In this document: one piece after another, positions 13,275 through 25,268 of the stretch
How positions within the stretch are numbered: position 1 is the first letter of the stretch
How the letters are laid out: every line of letters begins with the position of its first letter
Assembly: GCF_026571515.1 (NCBI RefSeq)
Contig: NW_026864517.1
Location: 434,001-492,411 of the forward strand
Direction of reading: 5' to 3'
Source: Ruditapes philippinarum
Lineage: Eukaryota
Length of the DNA: 58,411 nt
Translations under genes and position numbers: made by a program
Notes under the pieces: model-generated
The model's database searches: none
Seen by the model: only the letters and a program-made list of their open reading frames with translations
What the model was told of the DNA's origin: nothing

Positions 13275-14389
13275 CTATTTATTAGGTTTCGACATAAACA
13301 CCCGTGCAATAATACCAATCGTTTCGTTGAGAATGTAACCATTGCCAACTTGCCAAACACTATTTGTTCCTAAAATTTCAAATAATTTATATTGTGCATA
13401 TGACCGAAAACTTCCGTTTTTAACAATCACATGATTTTTTCCGTTTGGTTGTCTATTCACTAGTATACAGAGCACACTGAAATCACAGATTGTTGTTTTT
13501 TACTCATATTTCCGACTTTAAAGTAAAGATTACTACTCTTATTCATTATATTAATCTTCAGAGGTACCTCCCAAATATTAATATCAACTCCTTCACTTTC
13601 TTTCTTGTCACCAGGAATAACATCAATTATAACTCTTGTCATCCCATTTCTTTTCAGGATCTAACTTCAAATCATTCTTTCCGTTACGTATTTCGGATGA
13701 TATGTACTGCTAAAACAGTATATTTTCTTCAACGACATGTTCTAGCTCTGCTAACTTAGTCTTCATTGATGTATTAACATTTACAAATATCTCATTTAAT
13801 GCACTTGTCGAAGGGAACGATTTACAATAGCTTTAATCCAATGCATCACATGGTCTAGATGATATTAGAAATATACATCTAGCACGCAGAGCTTTAAGAT
13901 CATACAAAGATGCTTCCTTCAACAACTGTAACAAATCATCCGTCGGTGTTTCTTCTGTAACAGTCTCAAGTATTACTACTTCACATCTTGGTTTTAGCTG
14001 TAGGACCTTGTACTCTTCTAAAAAAGGAAGAATGACCCTAGCATAGTCGCGATTAATTTGGGTGTATGTGTTCGGGTAAATACATCGAAGGAATTCTAAG
14101 ACGTCCCTTAATTTCTTCCCAGGCAATTCTATCTCGTCACTTGACTTTTCTTTGAAGTCGGATTCGAACATCGTATCAAATACTGGTGATGCAAGTGAAA
14201 GAATATTTTTAGCGACGTGTTCCTTCAACAATAAGACACAGATCAGTTCTCCATGGGTTCAGTGAAACGGAAAGTACGCGACTTATCTTCGGTTTGCAAC
14301 ACTGTTTCACTATTTTCATCGGTAACGATATTTTCAAATTCTGAACCCTCAGATTCGTTTACAATTCTGACATTTTCATCTGCCGCCAT
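13275..14389 (-). pseudogene. BTB-MATH copy 3
   Basis: ATG at 14389 (MAADENVRIVNESEG..). Small deletions at ~14218 and ~14255, nonsense TAA at 13833-13835, further frameshifts. Ends VFMSKPNK at 13275. Confidence 0.9.
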
Positions 14390-14530
14390 ATTAAGTGTAG
14401 TTCAGTAAAAGTTCATGGAATGTAACCGTATATGTAGTGTATTTCAATCAGCTAATAATGGCGGTTATACATCAAAGGAGGAAAACCGGGTATTTGACAT
14501 GTACTAGATGATATATAGCGGCAGGATACT

Positions 14531-14732
14531 TTATGTTTTGTTTGTTTGTTTCATTTTTACGCCTTTTCCCAACAGTATTTCAGTCATATAGGCGGGTAGT
14601 TTCCTAATCATCGTTCCTGGAGAGTTACACCAGTACTAGACTACCTTCCTCCGCGCTAAACTACCAAAGCATCTCCCAAGGATCGAACCCACGCCAGAGA
14701 GGTGACTGGATTATAACCCCTCGACCACGGAG
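14531..14732 (-). mobile_element. tRNA-derived SINE (family 2) with 13-bp TSD
   Basis: TSD GCGGCAGGATACT at 14518-14530 and 14733-14745; empty site at ~29890 and ~36681. Minus-strand B-box GGGTTCGATCC and (AAAC)n tail. Confidence 0.9.
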
Positions 14733-15264
14733 GCGGCAGGATACTATATAAAACTAAGTTCACATTCAAATAATCTTATAAACGATGACAGCAATGTTTT
14801 GGTTATATTTACACCAATTTATAAGGGGTTTTATACCTCAACAATTATATTTTAATATCTATCGGAAACAACAAGTGCTGAAGTAGACAAAAACGGCGAT
14901 GTCTTCTAGTTAAATTTAAATAATTTTTTCTGTTACAAAGATTTATGTATTATCGTTTGTTTTGTTTTTCCTGGATTTTGAACAAAATTTTTGGTTTTAT
15001 CTCTACGGTTTTCTACCTTGCCAACAATTTTTTCCACAAGTGATTAACTACCATATATGCACTACTGTTATGGTTTATAACAGACTACTTTAAATTTCTC
15101 TTTGGACATTGAGTCTAATGCTCATTTGTCTCTGACCACTGAAACAGAAATCACGTGAGATTAGTAGTCGGTCATTTCAAAGAAATTTCCTGGTTAGATA
15201 TTCAAGAAAATTGTTAGGTGGACCGTTCGGCGAGAAATGGCCAATTTCGGCATAAAAGACAGAC

Positions 15265-15306
<42 letters not shown>
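15265..15306. repeat. (AAT)n microsatellite; shorter paralogue at ~55471-55503
   Basis: Direct reading; explains the poly-Leu ORF 15177-15458. Confidence 0.95.
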
Positions 15307-15308
<2 letters not shown>

Positions 15309-15564
15309 AATAACAATAAAAAATGGTAATTTATTGTGATTGCAACCAAACTTTGAACAGATACAAAGAATACTTACGGTTTTGTGCAAATGAGTTAGGT
15401 CTGAGAATGATCTGAAAAAAGTTTCAAATGATAGCCGTTCCATTTCAGCCAGTGTCAATCTATGCGAAGAACAAATACAATAAAAGAAGGTCTTTTATTA
15501 ATTTCTTTAGTTTTTATAAGATTTATTTTAATCTGATATTACAAATTCGTATCTCAAATTTCTA

Positions 15565-18500
15565 TTATTTCAAATCTAACAGTCTCCAGTTTTCCCACAT
15601 ATGTTTGTATTGATACGTTAATCTATGTGTCCGCCGCATATGTTCCTGGAGTGTACAGTACCGTGTTAAATAATTTTCCTTGTCTATAAAATAAGCCATG
15701 CTGTGTATCTCGAGCTGAATATTTTTGAAATATTTCACCATTCCAGTTTCTAGTAGATTTTCTAAAACATCAAGTTCGCAGCCTTCACAGTCCATAGAAA
15801 GTAGATCTACACTGTATATTCCTACGCCAAGATTTTGGAAAAATTCTGTAGAATTAATGACACTTACATTTATTTTCTTCTGACCAAAATCATTCGAGTA
15901 AATGTTCGAACCTTCGCCTTTGAATTCAATAGCAATAGTTTCCGTCTTCTGGCCGAGTCCGAAATTTAGAACAGTGACCCTGCAGATATAAAATAAGAAT
16001 TTTTATGCATATATTTATGTGTTGACATAAGAAAAAAAAACATGTTTGAGGAAATGATATCCTTAAATGCTAGAAAGTTTGACATAATATGTAATCTTTT
16101 ACGTAAATATAATATAAAGTTATTGTCAGTAAAATCAGAAGAAAATTTTTCTTGTCAATCACAGTGCTTAATAAATAAAAGTAACGAAAAAACTCACTAG
16201 TGACTGCTTAATATAAGTAACGGAAAGTGAAGTTACCACTTTTCGACAAATATGAATAAGGTAAGGCGACATATTCACTTCCTCATAAATAAAGTAACAT
16301 TTCAACTTCTAAATAAATATAGAATGGGTCTTTTAAAAAGATTGGTCTAGAAACGGGATGTGTTCATGAAAAAGACGTCTCGGCTAGGTCACGTGATTCG
16401 GTTCTCTATCTACCGAGATATGGTGTAGAGTACCATACAGAATCTCTCAATCAAATTTTCTCGTTCCCGATCTGGAGATAAAAGTTTACTTCACACGTTT
16501 GTAAAAAGGTCGAGTTTCGTAAGCTTTTAATTTATTCATTGTTTTTATTTTTATGACAAAAAAATGAAATAAATGTCACATGTAAAGATTTTTATCTTTC
16601 GTTTTGTTATTTAAAATATTTGATGTTGAATTTAATGCATCTTAAAATGCAGTCCTTGCGCAATCGGCCGTTCTCAGTTAGAATTTACACCCTTAGTTTT
16701 TACTTGTCGCCACCGTCTATCCTCATTATTGCAGGTTATTTGCCTGTAAATCTATGCTGGTTTAAGAAGGTAAATGTTACCTTAAATAACACACAATAAC
16801 TCGCCATTTGATCATGAATAATTGTTTAATAATATTCACCTAAAGTTACGAAAATGACAGGTTCGTGATTGTCGCCGTCCAATTTATAAAAAGTGAACCT
16901 GTATTTAGATGCTTTAATTGTATTGTTTTAATTTTGTTTCATGCCGTATTATTTTGGAACACTTTACGACTATAAATTTGTAAATTAGATCTCAGTAACA
17001 ATAACTCATAAAAAATGGTAAGGGGTTAGTGTTTGTCGCCGGATAGTATGAAATGTTCGTTATCCTTTTAACCATATATTGCAAGTGAAGTGTTTTTATC
17101 ATTGAAACAACATTACATGTTCTTTTTTGTATTAATATCACAATATAATACTTTCATATTATCACCATGTTCATAGTGTGCACATTTTTTTTATTATAAT
17201 TTATGCAGAATTTAACGTTGTGATGTGGTTTTGGTTAAAATTGAAAGGTTCGTTATCTGATTTTAAGGGTTCATCACTGCAATATGTACTCCCAGCACAT
17301 GAAATGTTCTAAGTTGCGTAAAAATTAGTATATTATGCCAAAAATGAAACATTTTGTAGCTGTATAAACAATATTATTGAATCTGAAATATGCTGAGAAA
17401 AGGTTCGTGATGAAAGGTTCGTGCGGTTATATATTTTACTCGCTGCCGCATTCACTATGCTTGTTTGTAAACGGCTGCGGTTAACAAACATATGTACTAT
17501 GAAGTCATTTGGGTTGAAACCTTTCAATTCTTTATATTTTAAACATTAAATCTTCTAATTACAATGTATACACATATTACAAAATATATCTTAATAATGA
17601 GATTTATATAGAGCGTTTCAAGGTCATTCTATCTGAAAGATCGTGGTAAAGGTAACGGAAAGTTAACTTACCGCGTCTGCATAATATAAGTAACGGAAAA
17701 TAGCATCGACATTTCTTAATTGAAAAAAGTAACGGAAAGTGAATCTACCGCTTTTTTGATAGATATCTGATTTGGAACGTGGCATTGCCAATTTTTGACA
17801 AATACTGGTAACAGAAAGTGATTTTGTTAATAAATAAATGTAGATGACCGATCATTCAAAATTCATGGGTATATGGCATGATGGAGATGTTTACGTGTCA
17901 ATCAACCGTTTTGACTTTATCGCAAAATTTACAAAAAAAAATCTAAGGCTATGAATTTCAATTTTTGAACCACCTTTTGGAGAGTCACAGTACAAACGCA
18001 ATCACCCAAATTTTGTCGCTGGTAAGATATTGTTAGCTTCCTACCAACATACAGTAAACAATTACATTCACATAAAAAATCTGAAAAAGTCACAAAGGTG
18101 ACCTTATAAGACCTTGTCTATAGATGACTCTTTCTGCTTCTTTATCAATAAAGTAACGGAAAGTTACCTAACCGCTTCTTGGTAAATACTGACAAATGTT
18201 GCTGATTTTATGCTGGTTTAGCTTAGATATGTGACTTAACAGTTTACCTTGGATTGTCTTTGAATTTCTCTTGTAAAAGTGTAGCATAGTACGGTATCGG
18301 CTCCACTATCAGATGTCGTGGGTTGTAGACGGCGGTAAACAAGGAAGCATCTGCTCCAAAGTTTCCTGGTTTTATATAATGGTGAAGTGAATAATTGACA
18401 TATTATAACACCCATTAACAGTTCGTTAACTTTTCATCAGCTGATAACATGGTATTCAGTTTTATTACGATGCATATTATGATTTAGATTTTCTTTTGAA

Positions 18501-19493
18501 TAAACAGTATGCTGTCCATTTTTTCAAACAATAGATCACGCACAGCTATAGAATTCATAATTTTTAAATAGACAGATTATAGAATAACGGTGGTACAAAG
18601 AAATAGTAGGGAAAGTTTATTTGTCACGTGTGCTCTGATAAACTGCCATGAGCCTCACTCAAATTATAACTTGCAGACGTATTAACTGCTAAAGGCACAC
18701 GTGTCAAATATTTCGTGCGGACGTATAACTGGATGTATTTCAATTAATCTATCAGAGTTTGGGCATTATGGATAGGCTAATCCTAACCCCTTGCCTAACA
18801 ATGTGCCGAATAATAGTTTTCGATGCCCCTTCTGTACCACCGAAACAAAAAAACCTAACACAATTATAAATAAATTGTGAAGATAACATATCTTTTGACT
18901 CTTCAATTGCACAAATAATATACATGTTCAGCTAAATAATTATGAAGCTCACACTTTATTCTCATTTTTTGTTCAAACAACATTTCATGAAATTATCCAA
19001 ATGAGAAGTTCTATTGTTTTTATCACTATTTGAAATAATTATGGAAAATGTACCCATTGCCGTAAAGATACAAATCAAAGTACGTTTATGAATGAAATAT
19101 TTTACCTCCAACCTCAATAAGTATCGTGTTATTTTCTTTCAGATAATCATGATGATTGATGCAGACATATTTGTCCTTCACAAAGTTCTCGGCGCCTTTT
19201 AACCAGTCGACATCTGCATATTGCCGGCAGTGAGAAATCCTATTAATTTGATCATAGCTTAAAGAATGGTTGAACAAGGCTTTTCCTCCAACAGCAGGAG
19301 ATGGATGTCCGTCCAGGAAAAGTTGTAAATGTTTATTATAAACCACTTTCTTTTGTTCGCCATCTGTGAAAAATTGTCTAATATCCGACCTGTTTTCTTT
19401 TAAATTATGATTTTGAGTACTGTTAAACAAATAAATTATCAAAACAACTATCACACAAGCTGTCAGTATCCTTGCTACATTTAGCGTTTTCAT
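15565..19493 (-). CDS. FkbM/Methyltransf_21-like SAM-dependent methyltransferase, type II membrane, copy A, intact: join(19106-19493,18248-18365,15565-15979), 306 aa
   Basis: GT-AG introns of phase 1 and 2 join in frame (388+118+415=921 nt). Signal-anchor ILTACVIVVLIIYLF. Motif I ILIEVGG|GNFGAD spans the splice, then LIVEP, VTVLNFGLG, VDLLSMDCEGCELDVL, IQLEIH. Minus-strand AATAAA at 15494-15499. Confidence 0.88.
16665..17533. mobile_element. ~870-bp insertion unique to intron 2 of methyltransferase copy A (unclassified TE fragment)
   Basis: Paralogous introns read ..GC(A/G)CAATATATTTTAAA.. uninterrupted (~10031, ~57041). Here CGGCCGTTCTCAGTTAG... intervenes. Confidence 0.65.
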
Positions 19494-19974
19494 TATTAAT
19501 TAACAACGTTTAATATTTTCACGTAAAATTAAACTTTTCTAAATACACACATATATATTTATTGGCGTATTTGCCAGAGGCATTAATCAGTTCAGTTTAC
19601 AAAATAATGCGTGTCTATCAAAACCACATGTTATATTTGTTTTGATATCATATATATTTTAATAAATGTAACATATATGTTGAACTATTCAATCTAAAAG
19701 AAATTTGTGTGACGGTGGATTATTGTAATTACATGTACTTTGTCTTGGTTACTTTGTGTTATTTCAGAGTTTTATCGTGGTTACCGTGGTTTATCGAGAA
19801 TACTGTGGTTCATCGTGGATATCATGGTTTATCATTGTAACGGTTATTTAGATTATTTACCGAGGTTTCTACCGTCGTGTTTCGTGATTAACGCGTTTAT
19901 TGTTGTACATGTAGTTTATCTCTGTCACTGTTGTTGTGCTTTTATTTATCGTTATTACTGTGTTGATAGTTTTT

Positions 19975-21084
19975 ATTTGTTTGGGTCGTCAGACCAAACA
20001 AATAATGGTAGCGAAATTTCAGAGTCTAATGCTGTTAATTGCAAATGCCGAAAGTAGTCCACTTTTTTGAAGCGGTTACTTCCCTTTATATGTACACTAA
20101 GGCCGAAAAATTCAGGGGAGATCACTGCGTAAAGATGGTCAAAGACAGACGCATTAATTTTCAAGCAAAATAATTCCCGAATGGTCGAAGATTTCTAATA
20201 TTGTTTTATTGTATTTTCTGATAGAAAATAAGTAAATACAAAGCGGACATTCAATCTCTGACACAGAAGTTTACGACAAACCTAACAACAAGTAGTTCTC
20301 AAAACAGCTTAAAACTAGCGATTTAAAAGAAAGACATATTTTTATTTTGTTACAAGTATCCAACAAATTACAACGCATTCAAAGTTTAAAAATAGCGTTG
20401 GCTTATAGAATTGTCAATAAATGCACAATCACAAATTACACGGATGAATATGATTTTATCAATGAAAATACTATTTTTAGCGATGTCGATTACCGAATAC
20501 TACACAAACCGAGTAGTGGAATATATAGATTCTACATGTCGGACTGTTTGGGTGAGAAGATTTTCGCTAAATTATTTACTTCAATTTTAAACAACAGGTT
20601 TATCCTGAACAAAATACCTCGAAATTAATAAGGATTACAAACCCGAAATGCAATGGAAGTTCTAAATTTAGAATGACTTAATGTTATTCAGCCCTTGTTT
20701 GTATAACTTCTCCGTGGTGCAAGGGTAACGCGCTCGCTTAGTGAGTGAGAGGTCTGGAGTTCAAATCCCAGTCGAAGAAACTTTTTTTTTTTAAATTCTT
20801 TTTTAAGTGTCTTTGTTAAGGAAGTAGCCATGATATGTAATGGATACAGTACGAGTTTTTCTTCAAAAGTGTCTTCTTACAGACGTAAGAAGACAGTTTG
20901 CTAGGATAAACAACAAATTGTCCGACATTGGATTAAATATCAGTGTTGCAATTAGTCTTATAGCCAATTTACTACAATTAAAACGCTGGAAAGCATTGGT
21001 GGCACAATACATATAATCTCACAACCTGTACCTTTCTTACATTCTGAGACCCAAACAAATTCAGCGCCTTCTGTGCTTTGATTC
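19975..21084. mobile_element. ~1.1-kb non-autonomous DNA element with subterminal inverted repeats, tRNA-like segment and hairpin
   Basis: Absent at the paralogous site (~41105). IR ATTTGTTTGGGTC(G)TCAGA at 19975 pairs with TCTGAGACCCAAACAAAT at 21043-21060. Perfect 11-bp stem TGTCTTCTTAC-agac-GTAAGAAGACA at 20870-20895. Confidence 0.7.
20712..20775 (+). other. tRNA-derived Pol III A/B-box segment (not a tRNA gene); homologues at ~27613-27680 and ~34430-34497
   Basis: TGGTGCAAGGG..GGTCTGGAGTTCAAATCCCAG followed by a T-run. No proper acceptor stem. Confidence 0.6.
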
Positions 21085-21579
21085 TTTTATCTTGTTTATC
21101 GTGGATTATTACCGTTATTTTTATCGTGACTGTTGTGGTTTGTAGTTGATACCCTATTACCGTCCTGCTTGCCTTTGCTTTTCGTGCTACCGTGGTTTAT
21201 CGTGATTACTATGGTATATCGCGATTACCGTGGTTAAAACGATTTATTACCGTTTTTATCGTATTTGTTGTGGTTTATCGTCGTAAGCATAGTCTATCGT
21301 GATATTTTTATATACAAACATTATAAGGAACATAACGAATCAGATACTAGTACCCTTTATAATACGCGCACTTTACAGCCTTAAAGGGGCTCAACTCATA
21401 ACACGCTGGAAAAAGTGTAATGATGCAGTTATCATTCTTATAAAGCTTCTGTCATGATGTACACGTATAATGTTACGTGTTTTGTTAATAACTTGTGATA
21501 AAATTTGAACAATTTTCTGATCTTTTACCTTAAAATAACTTGTCCGATTGTGAACAAAATAATTATGACTTTGGAAAAA

Positions 21580-21880
21580 AATCACGTTGTTATATTATAC
21601 AATAAATAAGGAGATAAAAATCACATTGTTGTATTATACAATAAATAAGATATAAAAATCCCGTGGTTTGGTTGTATTGTACAATACATAAGGAGATAAA
21701 AATAACGTTGTTGCATTATACAACAAATTAGAAGATAAATAACCTTGCTGTTGTATTATACAATAAAGTAGGAGATAAAATAACGTTGTTGTATTATATA
21801 ATAAATTAGTAGATAAAAATCACGTTGTTGTATTATACAATAAATCAGGAGAATAAAAATTTCGTTTCTGTATTATACAG
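21580..21880. repeat. ~38-bp minisatellite (TTGTTGTATTATACAATAAATTAGGAGATAAAAATCACG), ~8 units
   Basis: Direct reading. Confidence 0.9.
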
Positions 21881-24152
21881 ATCTAATCCGTATAATAGTA
21901 ATACCTGTGTCCTTTAAATAGAATCTAGACCCTTGTAATAATAACGACAAGATGTTTTCACATTTATATCATTATATGAGTTTGATTTATCTACTTTATT
22001 ACGACATACAAGTATATCAACGGTAACAGACCAACATAACTTTATTTTTCCAACTCTAAATAAGAAACAATTATTTTTTCCGTATTCGTAGTTCAATATA
22101 AATGTACGTTATTTTTGTACTCCTTAAATATGTCTTGTATTCATAATGTTTCTTTTTCTTAAAATAGATTTGCATTTGATTTTGTCAATTTTTTTTCTTC
22201 TTATATTTTTATCACTAGGTTTATAATAGCCGATCTCATAAATCAACGTAAATGTTGCTTTTTTATCCAAAACTTCATACAGTACGTATTTCAACAACAT
22301 ATAAGTTGCGCCAGTGGTCATTTTCTAGTAATGTATTTTAATGCTCTGTATATCTTATACATATATATAAATATTTTGTCTTTGTTTTTTGTTATGTAGA
22401 GAGTCGCTGGCAAGTTTTTTATTTTGTTGTCTGCTGTGAATAGTAGAATTGTTCAATGTTTCGTTGGAGCACATTTTTAGAGTTAATGTACATTATGCTT
22501 TTAAAGGGAAACTCAGGCAAATTAATCACAAAAAATATTAAAATGATCTTATGTACTCAAATCACGCTAAAACGATATTTTTATTTTCCCAGCATAAATT
22601 TCGGTATATATTCTATATTTTGGGCTTTAAATAGTAAATATATCAAAATATGTTAAACGAAATTTAGACGCCGACAGAGTCACTGAGTAGTTTTAAAACA
22701 AGTAATGTGACATGAACAAATTTAAACCCTGGAAGTTACAATAACATATATTATGGATATTGTATGATTGAAACAACTTGGCCTTTAAGTAGTTACTCTG
22801 TGTATTTTCCGTAACACTGGAATTTAAAAAAAAATAAATGTCAACATCATAATAATCATTATCAGTGCGTTATATTTACCCGAACATCAATATCATCATC
22901 TATACATCAGTATCATCATCTATAACATCATCAACAATATCACCATCATTATAATGTTTTGATCTGGTTGGGTTTTACGTTCCACCAACACAGTACGTAT
23001 AGGTCCTATGGCGACTTTCCAGCTTTACTGTTGAGTAGAACCACCCACGTTCCTTAAGCTAGCTGGAAAGCTCCCTCATATGAGCATTGTCATCAACAAA
23101 ATCATCATAATAAGCAGTACTCTTCTTCATCAGCATTATGACCCTCGATAACATTATCATTATATCATCGCCATCATTATCCTCATCACCAGAAAATCAT
23201 TACCACCAACAACACCACCATCATCAACAACAACAGCAACAGTATATCGTCCATATCATTATCATCAAAATCATCATTATCCGACAACTATCGCAATTAT
23301 CATCATCATCATTATCGGTACAATAATTATTGTTATCACCAGTAAATTATTATCTTCATCATCAACATTTCATCATTACCATAATTCGAAATATTCATAA
23401 AAGGGGGCTCATATATGAGCAAGTCAAGTTAATCATATTTATATGATATTTTTCGATGTTAAATCTGAAAAAACATATTAATTGAAATATAAATTATGTC
23501 GAATTAAAGAAACACAACTAAAAACAAGAACAACAACAAAAGAGAGAAATAAAAAAGAAGGAAATCGGACCATTATGGAAGTGATTTTTTTACATGTATA
23601 TCACTTTATTCTTGTAAGGTAATTTGGTTCAAGGTACCGAGGACCTACTTTTCCTCAAAAGTACCCCCCCCCCCTGCATTGGGTAACCTCATTTATTTGC
23701 CATGTCACATAACCTTGATGGGTCGAAGAACATACCCCAGTGGTATTACAGAAAGTTCGTTCGACGATATTTATATATGCAGGACATTTATAAATGTAGG
23801 ACATATACATTGAGAAAAGGAAAAAAACAAAGAAAAGATGCAAAACACTCACACGTACACACGCACAGACACACGAACATATAAGTATATATTTCACATT
23901 TTTAATTTTCAGATACAATTTTGCTATCTATGACAAGTATTTTATTCCATATATACAGTATTGATACATTGCAATGCGTATTTTACAGTTACTGTACACA
24001 ACAACACTTGATTCTCCGTCAAGATATCAAACTTATTCAACTATTTACACAGTGTATTTACATTTCTTACAGTCATTATAGATACCTTTCTTTTTGTCCT
24101 GACATATATTTATAAATGTATAAATCTCACCAATGTTCAAAGGCTACCTCTA

Positions 24153-25268
24153 CTATTTGTTAGGCTTCGACATGAACACCTGTGCAATAATACCGATCTT
24201 TCCGTTGAGAATGTAACCATTTTCAACTTGCCCAATAGTATATGTTCCTAAAATTTCAAATGTTCGATATTGAAAAATTGACGATAAACTTCCGTTGTAA
24301 ACAGTCACATGATTTTGTCCACTTGGTTGTCTATTTACTAGTATGCACAGCACACTTAAACCGCATATAGCTGTATTTTTACTAATGTTTTCGACTTTTA
24401 AGTAAAGCTTACTACTCTCTCTCGTTATGCTGATCTTCAGAGGTACCTCCCAAATATTAATATCAACTCCTTCACTTTCTTTCTTGTCACCAGGAATAGC
24501 ATCAATTATAACTATGGTCTTGTCATCCCATCTCTTTTCAAGATCTAACTTCAAATCCTTCTTTCCGTTACGTATTTCTGATGATATGTACTGCTTAAAC
24601 AGTATATTTTCTTCAACGATCTGTTCTTGCTCTGCTAACTTATTCTTCATTGATGTATTAACATTTACAAAAATCTCATTTAACGCATTTGCCGATGGAA
24701 ACGACTTACAATAGCTTTCATCCAATGCATCACATGGTCTAGATGATATTAGAAATATACATCTAGCACGCAGAGCTTTAAGATCATATAAACATGCTTC
24801 CTTCAACAACTGAAACAATTCATCTGTCGATGTTTCTTCAGTGACAGTCTCTAACAGCACTAGTTCACATCTAGACTTATGTTGAAAAACCTGGTATTCT
24901 TCTAAAAGAGGAAGAATTGCCCTTGCGTTGTCGCGATTTATTTGGGCACATGTGTTCGGGTAAATACATCGAAGGAATTCCAAAACGTCCGTTAGTTTCT
25001 TTCAAGGCAATTCTAGCTCGTCACTTGACTTTTCTTTGAAGTCGGATTGGAACATTGCATCAAAAACTGGTGACGCAAGTGAAAGAATCACCTTTGCGAC
25101 GTACAGCTTTGTTCCTTCCACAACAAGACACAGATCAGTTCTCCAAGTTTTTTCAGTGAAACCGAAAGTAGGCGATTTAACCTCGGCTAAAGCTACGATC
25201 TTACTTTCTTCATCGGTAACAATATGTTCAGCTTCGTCTGCAATTCTGACGTTTTCAACTGCCTCCAT
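24153..25268 (-). pseudogene. BTB-MATH copy 4; full-length frame with one in-frame TGA
   Basis: The 1116-nt frame is continuous. TGA at 25002-25004 replaces the Gly of LELPGKK (GGG in paralogues). Confidence 0.8.

Noticed and set aside
15177-15458. Poly-Leu membrane peptide ORF
   Set aside because: Product of the (AAT)n microsatellite in the MTase 3' flank.
20712-20775. Functional tRNA gene
   Set aside because: A/B boxes are present but there is no acceptor stem or convincing cloverleaf, and it lies within a repeat element.
21580-21880. 38-bp repeats as CRISPR
   Set aside because: Head-to-tail minisatellite without spacers.
25002-25004. Selenocysteine codon
   Set aside because: It aligns to Gly, not Cys, and no SECIS-like structure was recognised in the 3' flank.
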